DNA of 57,774 nt, filler included, from Candidatus Desantisbacteria bacterium CG1_02_49_89 (GTDB lineage: Bacteria > Desantisbacteria > UBA1551), in assembly GCA_001871075.1 (NCBI GenBank). It is 4 parts of 4 records of this genome, joined end to end, with 100 filler letters (N's around TTAATTAATTAA, not from the genome) between each part and the next. Parts side by side here need not be neighbours in the genome. Positions count along the whole stretch, not along the records: positions 15,944 to 31,483 come from MNUP01000030.1; 3 more parts are not named here. One strand, written 5' to 3'. The notes beneath the pieces were generated by a model. The model ran no database searches, had not been told where the DNA came from, and worked only from the letters and a program-made list of their open reading frames with translations. Both the position numbers and the translations under genes were made by a program. Of this stretch, positions 16,311 through 26,500 are shown piece after piece; positions within the stretch are counted from its first letter, which is position 1; the number at the start of each line of letters is the position of its first letter.

Positions 16311-18899
16311 TTAAAATTTTATTTTAAAGGTTTTGATCTCGAAGGGGCGGAAACTGGCGGAGACCGTATTATCAATAACTTTAATAGGACTAAGGGAGTC
16401 TTCAAGAAGGTTGGCTTCTTCGGCGGAAACAACTTTCGCAAGGCTTCCGCCAGAGGCGGATCCGCCAATCTCTGTGGCGGAAAAGCCCTGCACTCCATTA
16501 AAAAATTTTATTTCAACGTTCTCCGCGGGCTGGCCTGCCGCTTCGTACGCGCGCAGGATCAAGCCGCCCTTCTCGTCCTGCTTCAGCGCTGAAACAACGA
16601 TATTAGGATGTGAGATCTCAAGCAAACCCCACCTTGCAGGCAGGTCTCCGGGATGGGATCCTGCCAGGCGGCAGATGAGCGGGTTGTTGAACTCAAGGCC
16701 TTCCCTGAAGATCCCGGCTTCCTGCCAGGTCCCCTTGTGCGGGACAAGCGCGTATTCAAATTCCAGCTCTTTTTCAAGCTCCAACCCTGTATCAGAAGAC
16801 ATCCCCTCTTCGTAGCCGCCGGCAAAAGCGTAGGATGTTATGCGGGTTGAGCGCATAAGCGAAAGCATCATTACGCTGTCCGCGACGTTGTTGCCAGGCA
16901 GGCCCTTGTTAAGAAGCGCGACCCCCCTGTCAGGACCCGAATGATCTATCCAGTTCTGCGCGGGGAATTCAATGCCGTCAGGGCGTTCTATCGCCCCGAA
17001 CGGGATCTCGTGGAAACTCCTGCTCTTTCCGACCGCAACCGGAAAAAGCGCGCGGTAACGGACGAACTGCGCCCTGTTCTTTATGCGCGTGCGGATCTCA
17101 ATCCTGCGCAGGTTCCTATAAAGGCGTATTTTCGTGGAAAAAGTGCCGCTGCCGAAAAGATGCGTTACTTCAAACTCGCTGTAAACGCTGCCCTTTACTG
17201 TTTTTTCAGGCCTTCCCTTGAACTGGTTACTGAAAACAGCGCCTATTCCAGGTTTCGGCGCCGGATGCCTGTCCTTCATGGCTATAGCCGATCCGCCGTC
17301 CAGCGACCTGTAGAGTTCCCAGAAATCCCCTTTGTCCTGCTCCTGGACAACCACGTTCGCGGAACCGCCCAGCACGCTCATTTTATCCGGCTTTATCTGG
17401 ATCTTCGTTATCGTCCCGGCTGCGGAATCTAGTTCAACGGAACAATACCTGCCCTCCATTGAATTCTCTTTTTCCATCCCCCGGGCCGGCTTGGTAACAG
17501 GGGATCTAAAGAACGTCTTAAGCCTGAACACCGAATAGCCGAAAGCGGGAATGTCTTCCGCGACAAAAGTAACCCTTGCCTTGCTGATCGTCTCGTTATC
17601 ATAGCGTTCAACGCCGGAAAGCTGGACCGCAACCTCCCGGTTGTCCGGGTCGAACAACTTAATATCCAGAACTTGCCTGCTGGTAAAAACCATCTCAATA
17701 CTTGACGAGTCCGCGCGCTTCCATCCCAGGGAATTGAAAACAACAATGGCCTGGCCTTCTCCGCCTTCTGTATTTATTCCAAGGACAAATTCTTCCAGCC
17801 TTTTCTCAAATTCCGCTGCTGCTGTTTCCCCGGAGAAGTTATATCCTTTTAGCGTATCCTCGTAAACCTTATCGGTCATAACGCCTGACATCAGATCGTG
17901 CGCCTGGTTAAAAAGCAAGGGCTCCCACGCCTGCCTGAGAGTATCATCTCTAACAGACATACCAGTGCATTTAAGCATTACTCCCAGTTTTTCGGCTGCG
18001 AGAAGCAGGTTCTCGGTCTCCCTTAACTTTTGCTTGAGCTCTATCCTCGAGCTATATGTGCCCTGGAATATCGGGTTGAGCTCACCCTTTATAATTGGCC
18101 TTTCGGGTTTTTGCGAAACCTCCTTTTCGTATTCAGAGGGAACCGCAAAGCTTATTTTGAAGGGCGGGGTATCGGGCTGGGCATTGAATTTCTCCGCAAG
18201 ATCAGGCAGGTGTTCCTCAGGCGGAGCTACGTCAACTCCCGCGAGGATCACCCTGCAGCTGCCTTTTGCCCTGGGCACGAGCGCGTCAAATTTTTTCTGA
18301 AAGAACTCGGTAAAGCTCTTCAGGAACTGCGGCGAGCCGTATCCGTCTCCGTAAGGAACCCAGAAGGCGGGTATCCTGGAGCCGTCAATCCCCTCCCACA
18401 GGAATTCCACGGGTGTGCCCGGGTCCGGAACGCCGCGGGAAAACCAGAACGATGTATATCCCGCAAGCTTTAAAAGCTGGGGCATCTGCGCGTGGTGGCC
18501 GAACGTGTCCAGCTGCCAGCCTGCTGTCACCTCAACGCCCAGTTCTCTGCGGAAAAATCCCTTCGCGTGAAGCACCTGGCGGACGAACGATTCGCCGCAG
18601 GGCATGTTGACGTCAAGCATCACGTGCGTGCCGCCGCAGATCTCAAGCCTGCCTTCGGATATGAATTTTTTAAGCTTGTCGCCTTCCGGAAAAGGATATT
18701 TTTTAAGGAAGGGCTCCACGTAGCAGGACTGGTCAAGCACGAACCTGTAATGAGGGTATTTTTCAAGTATCGCCAGCGCCTTGAGGATGTTAGGCAGCCC
18801 TATTTCAAGGTATTCTGCCCGCGTCTTAAACACAGCGCCTTCCCAGTGGGTGTGGGGAATAATAAATAATAATGTGGGCTTGATTTCCTTAGCTTTCAT
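16311..18899 (-). CDS. Alpha-mannosidase (GH38)
   Basis: IPHTHW, GESFVRQ, W.LDTFGH..Q.PQ, F.WEG.DGS, GTYSSR, NQAHD..SG, VFNSLGW.R and PFEIKT motifs. Confidence 0.93.
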   Translation of the reverse strand: MKAKEIKPTLLFIIPHTHWEGAVFKTRAEYLEIGLPNILKALAILEKYPHYRFVLDQSCYVEPFLKKYPFPEGDKLKKFISEGRLEICGGTHVMLDVNMPCGESFVRQVLHAKGFFRRELGVEVTAGWQLDTFGHHAQMPQLLKLAGYTSFWFSRGVPDPGTPVEFLWEGIDGSRIPAFWVPYGDGYGSPQFLKSFTEFFQKKFDALVPRAKGSCRVILAGVDVAPPEEHLPDLAEKFNAQPDTPPFKISFAVPSEYEKEVSQKPERPIIKGELNPIFQGTYSSRIELKQKLRETENLLLAAEKLGVMLKCTGMSVRDDTLRQAWEPLLFNQAHDLMSGVMTDKVYEDTLKGYNFSGETAAAEFEKRLEEFVLGINTEGGEGQAIVVFNSLGWKRADSSSIEMVFTSRQVLDIKLFDPDNREVAVQLSGVERYDNETISKARVTFVAEDIPAFGYSVFRLKTFFRSPVTKPARGMEKENSMEGRYCSVELDSAAGTITKIQIKPDKMSVLGGSANVVVQEQDKGDFWELYRSLDGGSAIAMKDRHPAPKPGIGAVFSNQFKGRPEKTVKGSVYSEFEVTHLFGSGTFSTKIRLYRNLRRIEIRTRIKNRAQFVRYRALFPVAVGKSRSFHEIPFGAIERPDGIEFPAQNWIDHSGPDRGVALLNKGLPGNNVADSVMMLSLMRSTRITSYAFAGGYEEGMSSDTGLELEKELEFEYALVPHKGTWQEAGIFREGLEFNNPLICRLAGSHPGDLPARWGLLEISHPNIVVSALKQDEKGGLILRAYEAAGQPAENVEIKFFNGVQGFSATEIGGSASGGSLAKVVSAEEANLLEDSLSPIKVIDNTVSASFRPFEIKTFKIKF
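16446..16481. repeat. Double hairpin TCCGCC..GGCGGA-TCCGCC..GGCGGA (36 nt) inside the mannosidase CDS
   Basis: Read directly; sits in the loop of a REP-like GCAGGGCTTT|AGCCTTGC hairpin. Confidence 0.85.
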
Positions 18900-19065
18900 A
18901 GTTTAGCCAGTTCTATTAAAAACAATTATGAATTATGAGTTATGAATTATGAATCATAAGCATAAGGAATTAATTTTAATAAATCAGCTTCTTTTCAATC
19001 TACAATCTGAAATCTACAATCTGCAATTTCACCCATGACCCATGACACATGACTCATGACTGCTG

Positions 19066-22000
19066 TTATTGTTCGGCAATAACAGTGAAACGGAGACGCT
19101 CACCGAAGGCGCAGCGACCGTCAGCGGACATTTCAAGTTCGACAACACGCGGGCTAAAGCCCGCGGCTACCGTCCCCTCACCTCTATCCTCTCCCGCCCG
19201 CCCAGCAAGATTGGCGGGCAAGCCAGGGGGAGAGGATAAAACAAAATCTGAAAGGACGGCGTCGGCAAGGTATGGAACGTCTGCCTTGATCTCAATCTTA
19301 ATTTTGATCTGAGAATTAGTGGTTGACACGAGGAACACCCCGCCCTTCGCGCCTTTCGCGTTCGAGGGAGCGATCCATCCTGCCTCGCCGTTATTCCCTA
19401 TGACAGCGGATGCCAGCACAGGTTCATTTGCTTTCACAGTATATCTCTTCCCGTTCTCAACTTCCTTCCACCCGTCAGCGGTCTTTATTTTAAACCGCAT
19501 AAACATCGCGTTCAGGTACTTGGGCGGGTTTGTTCCGTTGTATTCTACGTTGCCCACCGCGATAAGCGGGGTGTTCAGGGAATTCGTTCCCGTGCCTTGT
19601 GTCCTGAAGCCGCATACCTTACCGGACTTCATTGACGAGAAATATTCGTCCTTTATCTCCTCGTAGAACGCCTTGTAACCGCGGCAGTATTTATCCCTGT
19701 CAAATTCAAACCACTTGACAGGCTTTGGGATCTCCCTGGAAGCCGTGATCTTCGAAGAATTCTGCATTATGGCTTTTCCCGCGGGCCGCAGGTTCCTGTC
19801 AGGCGGCGCGATGCCGTAATCGCTTTTCTCGTCCACCCGGTAACCTCCCGGATACCACCATCCGAACCCGCCGTTCGCGCCGCTCTCGTACATCATCCGT
19901 AGTATATCCGTCCACAGGCCTCCCTGTTTTTCCATAAGCCCCTGGTCGTAGTCAAAAGTGCTGCCGGTCCATATCGACATCCCGAATTCCGCCCATATCA
20001 CGGGTAAAATCGGGGCGGCGTAACGGGCATACGTCACGGTAAACAGCCCGCCCTTCACCTTTTCCCAGTCACCGCCGTTCAGCCCGTATCCCTCAGGGCA
20101 AAGCATATCCACTGCCTTTGCAATGCCGCGGAAATCGTAGCTAAAAGAAGAAGACGGCACCCCCACGTCTCCTGCAACGTTCATCCTGAAACTCACAAGG
20201 TGGTTTGGGTCAATGTCCTTTATTTTCCTGTTTATGTCCCAGTATTTCCTGCACAGGAAATCGTCGACAAACCTCCTGTATGAGCAGATATACCGCAGAT
20301 GTTCGCCTTCGCTGTCCATCTCCTTGTCAGACGGGGCAGGCAGGCGCGAGCCCTGAGACACGGAGATACCCCAGTCCTTTTCCGCGTTCTCAACACCGCC
20401 GTATTTTTCAATGACCCAGTCCTTCCACTGCTTTTCAAACCCCTTCCTCCCTGCCTGGTTCCCGTAACCGCCGTTGTATGTCCCCCAGACCGGCTCCCAC
20501 GCAACGTCATACGCGAAAAGCACGTCGTTAAGGTCAAGCCTCGCGAACTTTATCACCTGATAACTTTCGCCGATATAGCAGTTCACGTGCATGCCGTATT
20601 TCCCGCACCTGCGCATGAAATCCAGCGCGTTCCTGATGCTGTTCCTGTCACCCGCTGAAATGCTCAGGGCAGTCACCCCCCATTCCTTCAACTGGCGCAG
20701 GTCCGGCTCAACCAGCTCAGGGTCATAGTTACCGTAGGTGAGCCAGTGAGACCAGTATTCATCCCTGCTCATCCCGGAAATATACAAAGGCCAGTAATTC
20801 ACGCCGAAAGGATACCATTTCTGGCCGCGCAGGTAGAAATCCCCGTCTTTCGCCGTAACGAATTCCTTCTTTGAATCAGGGGTCCATGGCAGGATCCCCA
20901 GCTCCTGGACAAGCACGTCAATGACCTTTCCGCTCTCAAGAAGTTCAGTTCGAATATCGTACGCTTCCGCGCTGAATCTGTCGACTTCCCACACTGTTTC
21001 CAGGGAATCTTTCTCCCCTGCCGGGATCTTCATTGCCTGTTCCTGTTTGAATACTGCCGTGGTTGACTTCTTCGGAAAGACAGAGATGCGCGCTGTCACA
21101 TTTTTTTCCTCTTGGCTGAAGTTCCCGATAAGCGCGCTGATCTTCACGGAAGTTTCATCCGTAAAAACACTGAATTCCTTTGAGCCCGCTTTCAGGATGT
21201 AGGCACCATCCCTTATACGGTCAATAACGCCTGTAAGCGCGGACATAAGTGCGGGATTTTTCAGGAATTCTTCCTTCGGGATGCTGAATGCGCCCCATAA
21301 AGACCTGTTGTATTTGCCTGAATGGCTGATATAAAGGTAGGCAAGCGTGCCGCGCGTCTCACCTGATTTGTCCTTCGCGTAGATGAGCGGGACCCACCTT
21401 GTTTTCATGCTCTGCTGAAATCCGACTCCCCGGGGCCTGTGAACGCAGGACCAGGATTGCTGGGGCGGATTGAATTTCAGGTCAGGCTTAATAAACGCCT
21501 GTTCCGGCTCAACCGCGTAACCGGTAATGTCTTTCAGCTGGTAATGCTTGTAAAGCGGGGTCATTGCCTCAAGCTCCATCTCAATCTCAGGCCCTGCTAA
21601 CTGGAATGGATTTTTCATGGCGCCTATCTCGTCTATCCAGAACGTGTGCGGGCCGGCTTCAACCGCGTTTGTCTGTCCGAACGCGAGCCCTATCATAAGC
21701 TGGGCAGCGTTCTCCGGCTTGAGCACGTCTCTGGCTCCGCCCCTTCCCTTACTGGGGTTGTCAGGCCAGTATTTGAAATCCTTAGGGGAAAGCATGAAAA
21801 ATTTCCATTTCGTCTCAAGATTAATTATAGCGAACCAGCGCGACTTATCCTCTTCTGTCCATTCGACCAGCAGCTGCTTTGTTTTTTCATCTCCTTTTGC
21901 CCAGAACGATATGATATTGCATCCGGGCGGGAACGGGTTATCGATCTGCTGAAAATAACAGTCCCATCCCTGCAGGTCTTCCACGTCAACCCTGGCGCTT

Positions 22001-23022
22001 TGCTTTGTGCCGCCGCACCCCGTCCCCTCGGCTTCTATGGCGCTCTGGCTGCCGTTCGAGGAGTGGACCCACCCGTCAACCCCGTCCTCAAAATTGAAAA
22101 GAACCGTCCTGTCAGGGGAAGAGGAAAGATATTCCTCAAGCTCGGGCCTTGTCATCCACTTCACCCCGCCTTTCGGGTCTGCCTGCTTCCACGCGGTATC
22201 CCTGAACGGCGGGCCTTCAAAACACAGCATGCTGCCGCCTGTTTTCAGGAACGACATCAGCGGCAACTGGGCGTTCGCGGGAAAAACTTTTGAATGCGGC
22301 AAAAGCAAAAGGAAAAAGTTATCGGTTGAAAGTATGGACTTGTCTGAAAGCTGTTCGCCGTCAAGGAAAGTTACTCCGAAACCTGAGCCGCGCAGCTCTT
22401 TCGCCATCGCATCCGGAAAACTCATGTCCGCATCCCTGAATTTTTCCTTAAGTATCGCGATACTTCCCTTCCTACCTTTTTCGACACTGATTAACACAGA
22501 TGGACTCTGATTTTCAGAAGATACAGATTTTTCAACCTGGGACCCAGCATCTTTTTTGACACTGATTTCCGCAGATTCAGATTTCTTGTCGGATGCCTGG
22601 GCAGCGGATGCCTTAACTATCGGTATCTGGTCAGTGAAAACAATAGGGGCAAGCGGGTTCTGCCAGTCTTCGCCCAGCCACACAGCCATAATAAGCGCCT
22701 CCTTCTCTGAGAGTTTCGGGGCAACGAATTTGAATTTCTTCTCGCCCTTGCCCGAAACCTTTTCCTTATAAGCCTTCAGCACGCCATGTTCAGGGTCTTT
22801 CATCTCGCAGTTAATGGAGGCGGAGCCTTCGGGGATCCCGAACTTCGCGGTCACCTCGAACTGCTTTCCTTCCTCTATCGTGTCAGGGGTCTTTGAGAAC
22901 TCGCAGACAGCGTCCTCTGCCCAGCAGACCGTGTAAGGTGTAACGTGTAACGTGTAAGGCAGGCAGAAACTAAAAACTAAAACCAAAACAGGCACAAAAA
23001 ACCACAGAAGAGTTCGCTTCAT
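19066..23022 (-). CDS. Large secreted clan-A glycoside hydrolase (GH5/GH42-like) with N-terminal Ig-like and CBM-like domains
   Basis: Signal peptide; galactose-binding-like domain (ISFWAKG...FWIDEI); F...G.K...GVNY, YDVAWEP (acid/base) and IWAEFG (nucleophile). Confidence 0.75.
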   Translation of the reverse strand: MKRTLLWFFVPVLVLVFSFCLPYTLHVTPYTVCWAEDAVCEFSKTPDTIEEGKQFEVTAKFGIPEGSASINCEMKDPEHGVLKAYKEKVSGKGEKKFKFVAPKLSEKEALIMAVWLGEDWQNPLAPIVFTDQIPIVKASAAQASDKKSESAEISVKKDAGSQVEKSVSSENQSPSVLISVEKGRKGSIAILKEKFRDADMSFPDAMAKELRGSGFGVTFLDGEQLSDKSILSTDNFFLLLLPHSKVFPANAQLPLMSFLKTGGSMLCFEGPPFRDTAWKQADPKGGVKWMTRPELEEYLSSSPDRTVLFNFEDGVDGWVHSSNGSQSAIEAEGTGCGGTKQSARVDVEDLQGWDCYFQQIDNPFPPGCNIISFWAKGDEKTKQLLVEWTEEDKSRWFAIINLETKWKFFMLSPKDFKYWPDNPSKGRGGARDVLKPENAAQLMIGLAFGQTNAVEAGPHTFWIDEIGAMKNPFQLAGPEIEMELEAMTPLYKHYQLKDITGYAVEPEQAFIKPDLKFNPPQQSWSCVHRPRGVGFQQSMKTRWVPLIYAKDKSGETRGTLAYLYISHSGKYNRSLWGAFSIPKEEFLKNPALMSALTGVIDRIRDGAYILKAGSKEFSVFTDETSVKISALIGNFSQEEKNVTARISVFPKKSTTAVFKQEQAMKIPAGEKDSLETVWEVDRFSAEAYDIRTELLESGKVIDVLVQELGILPWTPDSKKEFVTAKDGDFYLRGQKWYPFGVNYWPLYISGMSRDEYWSHWLTYGNYDPELVEPDLRQLKEWGVTALSISAGDRNSIRNALDFMRRCGKYGMHVNCYIGESYQVIKFARLDLNDVLFAYDVAWEPVWGTYNGGYGNQAGRKGFEKQWKDWVIEKYGGVENAEKDWGISVSQGSRLPAPSDKEMDSEGEHLRYICSYRRFVDDFLCRKYWDINRKIKDIDPNHLVSFRMNVAGDVGVPSSSFSYDFRGIAKAVDMLCPEGYGLNGGDWEKVKGGLFTVTYARYAAPILPVIWAEFGMSIWTGSTFDYDQGLMEKQGGLWTDILRMMYESGANGGFGWWYPGGYRVDEKSDYGIAPPDRNLRPAGKAIMQNSSKITASREIPKPVKWFEFDRDKYCRGYKAFYEEIKDEYFSSMKSGKVCGFRTQGTGTNSLNTPLIAVGNVEYNGTNPPKYLNAMFMRFKIKTADGWKEVENGKRYTVKANEPVLASAVIGNNGEAGWIAPSNAKGAKGGVFLVSTTNSQIKIKIEIKADVPYLADAVLSDFVLSSPPGLPANLAGRAGEDRGEGTVAAGFSPRVVELEMSADGRCAFGERLRFTVIAEQ

Positions 23023-23073
23023 TGAAGCTCCTTTAAAAATTAGCCACGGACTGTAACGATTTTACAACGATTT

Positions 23074-23146
23074 CCGGAGAGTCATTAACCCGGTTCTGAC
23101 TCGTAGGTCCCTGTGTTAAGTTCCAGTTTCACCGGAACTACAGGGA
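23074..23146 (+). repeat. Double-hairpin element family B, copy 2 (73 nt)
   Basis: CCGGA-GAGTCA/TGACTC-GTAGG-TCCCTG-N5-AGTTCC/GGAACT-ACAGGGA. Confidence 0.88.
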
Positions 23147-23181
23147 TAACGATGTTACAACGATTCTCAACGATTCTCAAC

Positions 23182-23337
23182 CTATCGTTTTATATACATC
23201 GGGCGTTTCGCCATCTTGCGGATCGAGTCCCTTTGCATTTCCCGCCGCATCTGTTCGCGCAGCTTCCTCATATCAACAAGCTGCTTCTGTTTCACCGGAT
23301 CCTTTGCCGCAGGTGCCTTGTCTTTTGACTCTTCCAT
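23182..23337 (-). CDS. Small basic hypothetical protein (51 aa)
   Basis: MEESKDK...RPMYIKR with a purine-rich RBS (AAGGGAAAGGA); no recognised motif. Confidence 0.55.
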   Translation of the reverse strand: MEESKDKAPAAKDPVKQKQLVDMRKLREQMRREMQRDSIRKMAKRPMYIKR

Positions 23338-23450
23338 TTTTTTGTCCTTTCCCTTTTTTATGGATAATAAATATAGCAAGCCTCCCTCCTTAAAAACTGG
23401 CGGGTCTGCGAAAAGGCTTGCCCTACGAAATCCTAAGGTGAGGGTGTTCA

Positions 23451-23473
23451 AGGGCGGGCAAGCCCGCCCCTAC
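23451..23473 (-). repeat. GTAG-type REP element
   Basis: Minus strand GTAGGGGCGGGCTTGCCCGCCCT; similar REP-like hairpins near 19147-19170, 23410-23426, 27751-27773, 32828-32850 and 32933-32982. Confidence 0.75.
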
Positions 23474-23553
23474 GCGTATTCGCAAGCTAAAAACATAAAA
23501 TTATCATAATCCGTGATAATCCGTGTGAATCCGTGGTTAAAATTCAGTGGTTT

Positions 23554-26500
23554 TTATTGAATAGTTACTGCTTCGCCTTCAAGCAGGTCGAGGATGAGGA
23601 GGTCGCCGTCTTTTTTGGAGCCGGCATTCCTGCCGGTAATTTTGGAGCCGGATTTGAGAGTTGAAAGGAATTTTGAAGGGGATATTTTTACCTGAAGGTC
23701 GCATGTGGACATAATTTTAAGTTTTCCGCTGCCCCAGTCCAGCATAACGTTGGCGGGTTTTCCGCCCTTGAACTGGAGGCCATCCGACTTGTATTCAGTG
23801 TTGCCGATAAAGAGGGCTTTGTCTCCCTTGAAAACATAACCTGTGCCGATCATGTTCTGCGCCTGCGCGGTTTCCATTGTCCCTGTTGGGCCTGCCCTGT
23901 TGATATATTCTGAAAGGAACTGGGTCGCGTGCGCGATCGGTTTCCTGTGCCCGAAAGGAGTGCCGTCATAGTAGAAGAACCCGAACCTTTCCTCGTAGAA
24001 ATTGTCGTCCCCGCGCCAGGCATTGGGATTGTCGTTCAGCATCCACTTGTAACTTCCTTCATACCCCCTGCTAAGCGGGTAAAGGTAATGGATCATTTCA
24101 CCCACGGCTGAAGAGTAGAAATCCAGGTATCTTGAACCCATCATAATGCCGTTCGAATACCCGAACTCACCGAAGCTGACAGGTTTTTCAGGCCATACAG
24201 CCGCTATACGGTCAAACGTAGTTATGTTCTGAATGACCGAATCGTATGAGAAAGGCCTTACGTAAACATGGTGCGAGATAAAATCCAGCTCAGAAGCGCA
24301 CGGGAACGCGGAGAACGGAGTATTGAACCCGACTGTGACCAGGTGGTTCTTGTCAACCTCCCTTATCGCATCCTTGTTAAGCTTAATCCAGATACGGAAG
24401 CTCTCGTCACCCGCTTTCACGACTTCATCGTCCAGCATCGGGACTTTGTTATCCTTCAGCTTGGGGAAGGTGGTCCACTCGCCCAGGTTCTCGCCTACGT
24501 ATATACCGAACTTATTGACTCCGTCCTGAATGTCCGTAATAGGAAGTTTTATACCCGCCGGATATTTTTCGGCAATAATAGCGGGAAGCCACGGCTCGTT
24601 CTGGATGTCGTAACCGAGCACCATTGGTTCGTCCTTAAGGTGGGCGCATAGCTTCCTGATGCACTCCTGCGATTTTTCCATCTGCCCGTAGCGTGCAAGG
24701 TGCACGAGCAGGTGTATGTCATAGCGCCTCGCGAATGTAAGCATAATATCGATCTTGTGGAAATCGTCCTTCATAATGTCGTCAGCAAGCTTATAAAGGA
24801 AGAGCCTGAAGGTATTTATCCCTGCCTCGTGCGCCTTCCTGAAATCCAGCTCCATCTTGACCGGGTCAAAATATTCCTTCCACTCGTTCCAGCACCTGTC
24901 AAACCAGCCGTGGTAGTTCGAGCCGATGCAGAAGAACCTTTTTCCGTCAGGATAAACCAGGTGTTTTTTGTCAGCGCTTACTTTCATGAAACCTTGTTGC
25001 ACTGGCGGCATCGGCGCGACATCAAACATATGTTCGGCGATATCGGATACACCCTTGCCGCTCTCTCTCAATACCACCCTCAGCATATAGCTTCCCGCGT
25101 CCATAGGGGTAACCCAGCCGCATTCAACTGCCTGGTTCTTTCCGGGCTCAAGCCCGATTTCAAATGCTTTACTGAATACAGTTTTGCCGTCCTTCACAAC
25201 GCTTATCTCAGCATTCGCCTGTTTTGCCGCAGATCCAAGGTTGCATACCCGTGCAGAAAACAAGGCTTCTTTACCCGGTTCGTAAGTAAGCCGGCCCGGA
25301 CTTATGCTTCCCAAAAACAAACCATTTTTCATCGCTCCGATTATTTTTGAAAGCGCGGGAATGAAGGACGGGTCCTTGTAAAACCCGGGATCCTTTATCC
25401 CGAAACAGGCAATGACCGAGTTTTTCATAGCCTTGCTGTAATTTACAAGCATAGACGCGATAGCGCCCTTGTATCTGCCATATTTATCATAGGCGTTGAT
25501 AAGCGGCACGTACCTGCCGCCTGTCTGGTTCGGATACGCAATGGCAAAATCCCCGCCTGTTACGCCCGCAAGGTTAAGCCCGGATTCAAGCAGCGCCTGC
25601 GCGGAATTTATTTCCGCCTTCGCGACATCATTAATAACATAGGCGCTGTAGGCGTCGTTGAAAACAGGGACCTTCATCCTCGCGGTAAGGTCCATTTTCG
25701 GGTAGGGATTCTTCGCAATGCCCACCTCGTCTATCCAGATCTCGTGCTGGCCGCCCTCCACCGAAGTGTGAGAATACGCAAGCCCGATGCTGATAATGGA
25801 CGCGTTCTCGAGTTTCACCGCGTCGCCCTTGCCGCCCCTTCCCTTGCTGGTATTATCCTTCCAGTACGCGAAGGCCTCGGGCAGGAGGCAGTAGTGTTTC
25901 CATTCGGTTCCCATGTTAACCGTGGCGATCCAGCGCGAACCGTCCCGCTCCCCGATCTCCACGGCGATCTGTTTTGTCCTCTGAGACCCTTTTGCCCAAA
26001 AGCAGACAAGGTCCTGGCCTTCGGATATGGAGCCGTCTATGCCGGCGCTCCAGTTGTCCCACCCGGTAAGTCCGGGTATGAATATTTTAGCTCCTTTGCC
26101 CTTGTATCCCTTGTCGGCCTCCAGGCTTCCCGGGGTTGAAACGTCGTTAGTTGCCCTGCGCCACCCCGAAGGCTCGTCCTCAAAATCAAAAAGCATGTTC
26201 TGGGGCTGGACCGATGAGATCGTTTCCTCTATCTGGGACTTTGTCATCCACTTGCCGTTAAAATTCCAGACAAGCTCTTTGAACGCGTACCCTCCAAGCG
26301 TCACGAGGTCGCCGCCCCTGGTCAAAAACCTCAGCAGGGAAGCGGAAGCGGAAGCCGGAAAATAATCCGCACCTCCGGCAATTACCAGGCAGTCAAAATT
26401 CTCTATATTAAGTATGGAGCTATTCCGTATTTTCTCGCTGTCAAGCACTGTCACGCCGAAACCGGATCCGCGCAGGCCCGTAACAACAGCGTCCGCAATG

